The notes beneath the pieces are model-generated. The model was not told the origin of the DNA. It was given only the letters and a program-made list of their open reading frames with translations, and did no database searches. From Mobula hypostoma (Eukaryota), in NCBI RefSeq assembly GCF_963921235.1, contig NC_086097.1:202184001-202248000 (forward strand): DNA of 64,000 nt. The letters are read 5' to 3'. Position numbers and translations under genes: made by a program. Positions 62,030 to 64,000 of this stretch are shown in pieces (the stretch's first letter is position 1; each line of letters opens with the position of its first letter).

Positions 62030-62595
62030 TCCTATCAAACTTAAAGCATCTCAGCTCCATCTGCAAAAAGCAGAATTTCCCGGTGGCCAACTATTTCATT
62101 TCTGATCCCATTCCCATTCCAACATGTCAGTCCCTCCTCTTCTGTCATGATGAGGCCACTCCTAGAATGGAGGAGCAACACCTTATATTCCATCTAGGTA
62201 GCCTCCAACATGATGGCATGGACATCGATTTCTCCAACTTCCTGTAATTTTTCCCGCCTGCCCTTTTCTTCATTTCCCCACTCTGGCCTCTTACCACCTC
62301 CTCACCTGCCTATCACCTCCCCCTGGTGCCCCTCGCCTCTCCTATCAGATTCTTTCTTCTCCAGTCCTTTGTGTTTTCCACACCACCGCCCAGGTTCTTA
62401 CTTCATCCACTCCCACCCCCCACACACACCTGCTCTTTACCTTTCCCACCCACCTGGTTTCACCTATCACCTTCTAACGTCCTGCTCCCCCTCCACCTTT
62501 TTATTCTGGCTTCTTTTTTTCCCTTTTCCTTTCCAGTCCTGATGAAGGGTCTCAGCCCAAAACGTTGACTATTTATTTATTTCCACACATGCTGG
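62030..62595 (+). mobile_element. Penelope-like 3' fragment
   Basis: VANYF...RMEEQHLIFHLGSLQHDGMDIDFSNFL*; hammerhead at 62534-62570 with GAAA changed to AAAA. Confidence 0.82.
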
Positions 62596-63180
62596 CCGGA
62601 AGAAGATTGCTCCAGCGAACAACATGACCAAGGGCGACATCCTTCAGACGGTTCATGAAACAACTTCTTGTACTTCTTTTCCGTCTGTTTCTTTCAAATG
62701 TGGTTCTGCTACAGATGGAGCCTGTGGTCTACATTTTGGTACCGTGAGTGGGTGTTCAGTGCCATCGACCAGCCCTTTACTTGCTGCTAACTGAGGAATG
62801 TATCTGTGTGAGATGGTTCCTATCTCCCAAAGGAACAGTTTGCTGTTCCCAAAGGAAGGCCGCTGCATTTGAATGGTCTCTCTCTCTCCCTCGATGCAGT
62901 CGGAGGATGGTGCCAGAGCTCTTAGTTTTGGGCAATGTTTGATTGACACAGTTTGTGGATTGGACTCTGCAGTTCACTTTATGATGGGTTTCTCGTTTCT
63001 GGTCACTCCTTTTTTTTTTGTTGCTACTTTGGGAGATTTTGAATGGGGGTAGCCTGCAGATAACAAACTGACCTGAACTGAATATGACTGGACTCTTTTG
63101 ATTTTGTTCTGTGTTCGCTTGGTTTTTTGTTGCTGTTTATGTGATTTTTTTCCCCGCATGGGGGAGGGGTTTGATGCTTT
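62595..63180 (+). mobile_element. Possible non-autonomous retroposon, interrupted by an L1
   Basis: Starts ggccgaagaagattgctccagcg, relatively CpG-rich, no protein motif; family not identified. Confidence 0.3.
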
Positions 63181-64000
63181 TCTTTTTTTTATATAATTTT
63201 TATTGAATTTTCAAAAAGAATACATGAAAAGATAAAATCTACCCACCCCCCCCCCCATATATATAGTCTACCTAAAAGAAAGAAAGAGAAAAAAAAAGAG
63301 CCACCTGGGTATTGGAAGGTTTCCACATGCTCCATGGGATTCAAAATAAATTTGGTATAATTATTCGTTATTTTCCCCAAGTAACCAAATTCTTTGTCAG
63401 AGCACTTAAATATGACATCCTATCTTTTGTAAATAAGGGCGCCAAATATTCAAGAATGTTAGATAATTATCTCTTAAATTATAAGTAATTTTTTCAAGTG
63501 GAATAGAACTAGCCATTTCATTATTCCAACGATCCATACTTAAATACGAATCAGATTTCCAAGTAACTGCTATAGTCTTCTTAGCTACTGCCAATGCAAT
63601 TTTTATAAATTCTTTCTGATATTTATTCAATTTAAGTTTCGGTTTTATCCCTTCAATATCACCTAATAGAAATAATACAGGGTTATGTGGAAGTTGAATT
63701 CCAGTAATTTGTTCCAATAAGGCTCTTAAATTTATCCAAAAGGGTTGAATTTTAAAACAAGACCAAGTAGAATGTAAAAAAGTACCAATTTCTTGATTAC
63801 ACCGAAAACATTTATCAGATAGATTTGAATTTAATCTATTTATTTTTTGTGGTGTAATATATAATTGGTGTAAAAAATTATACTGTACTAATCTAAATCG
63901 AACATTTATTGTATTTGTCATACTATCCAGACAAAGTCTTGACCAATTTATTTCATCAATATTAATATTCAGATCTGTTTCCCATTTTTGCTTTGACTTA
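63181..64000 (-). mobile_element. L1-clade LINE 3' end (runs off the window)
   Basis: ORF 63406..63921 has QYNFLHQLYITP..CFRC...HSTWSC..IQPFW; AATAAA and poly(A) on the minus strand at 63182-63204. Confidence 0.92.

Overview
Eukaryotic (vertebrate) DNA. The repeat families suggest a cartilaginous fish, probably a ray; this is an inference. Roughly half or more of the window is transposable-element debris: several CR1 LINEs, Rex1/Babar-like LINEs and many Penelope-like fragments. It also holds a TSD-bounded but internally scrambled L1, an RNase-H-bearing I-group (Nimb-like) LINE, an internally deleted HERO-like element, solo LTRs, a DD34E Tc1 and a pogo/Tigger-type non-autonomous element. The only clear host-gene signal is a CpG island at ~16.7-17.15 kb with a candidate first coding exon (MCESPPSLQSFADFKF|gtaagt); the gene is not identified and everything to its right may be intron. 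No prokaryotic systems, CRISPR arrays, rRNA or tRNA genes are seen, and I cannot support a wholly new biological system. The most notable signals are: (i) a dispersed family of minimal hammerhead-ribozyme motifs in Penelope tails, some in fold-back pairs; (ii) an L1 with an inversion-duplication-deletion scar; (iii) a three-level nested insertion (CR1 > solo LTR > I-group LINE) in which both inner insertions keep their TSDs; (iv) a composite HERO+Penelope block flanked by a 10-bp direct repeat; (v) a perfect 47-bp inverted repeat. Boundaries of degraded elements are approximate.
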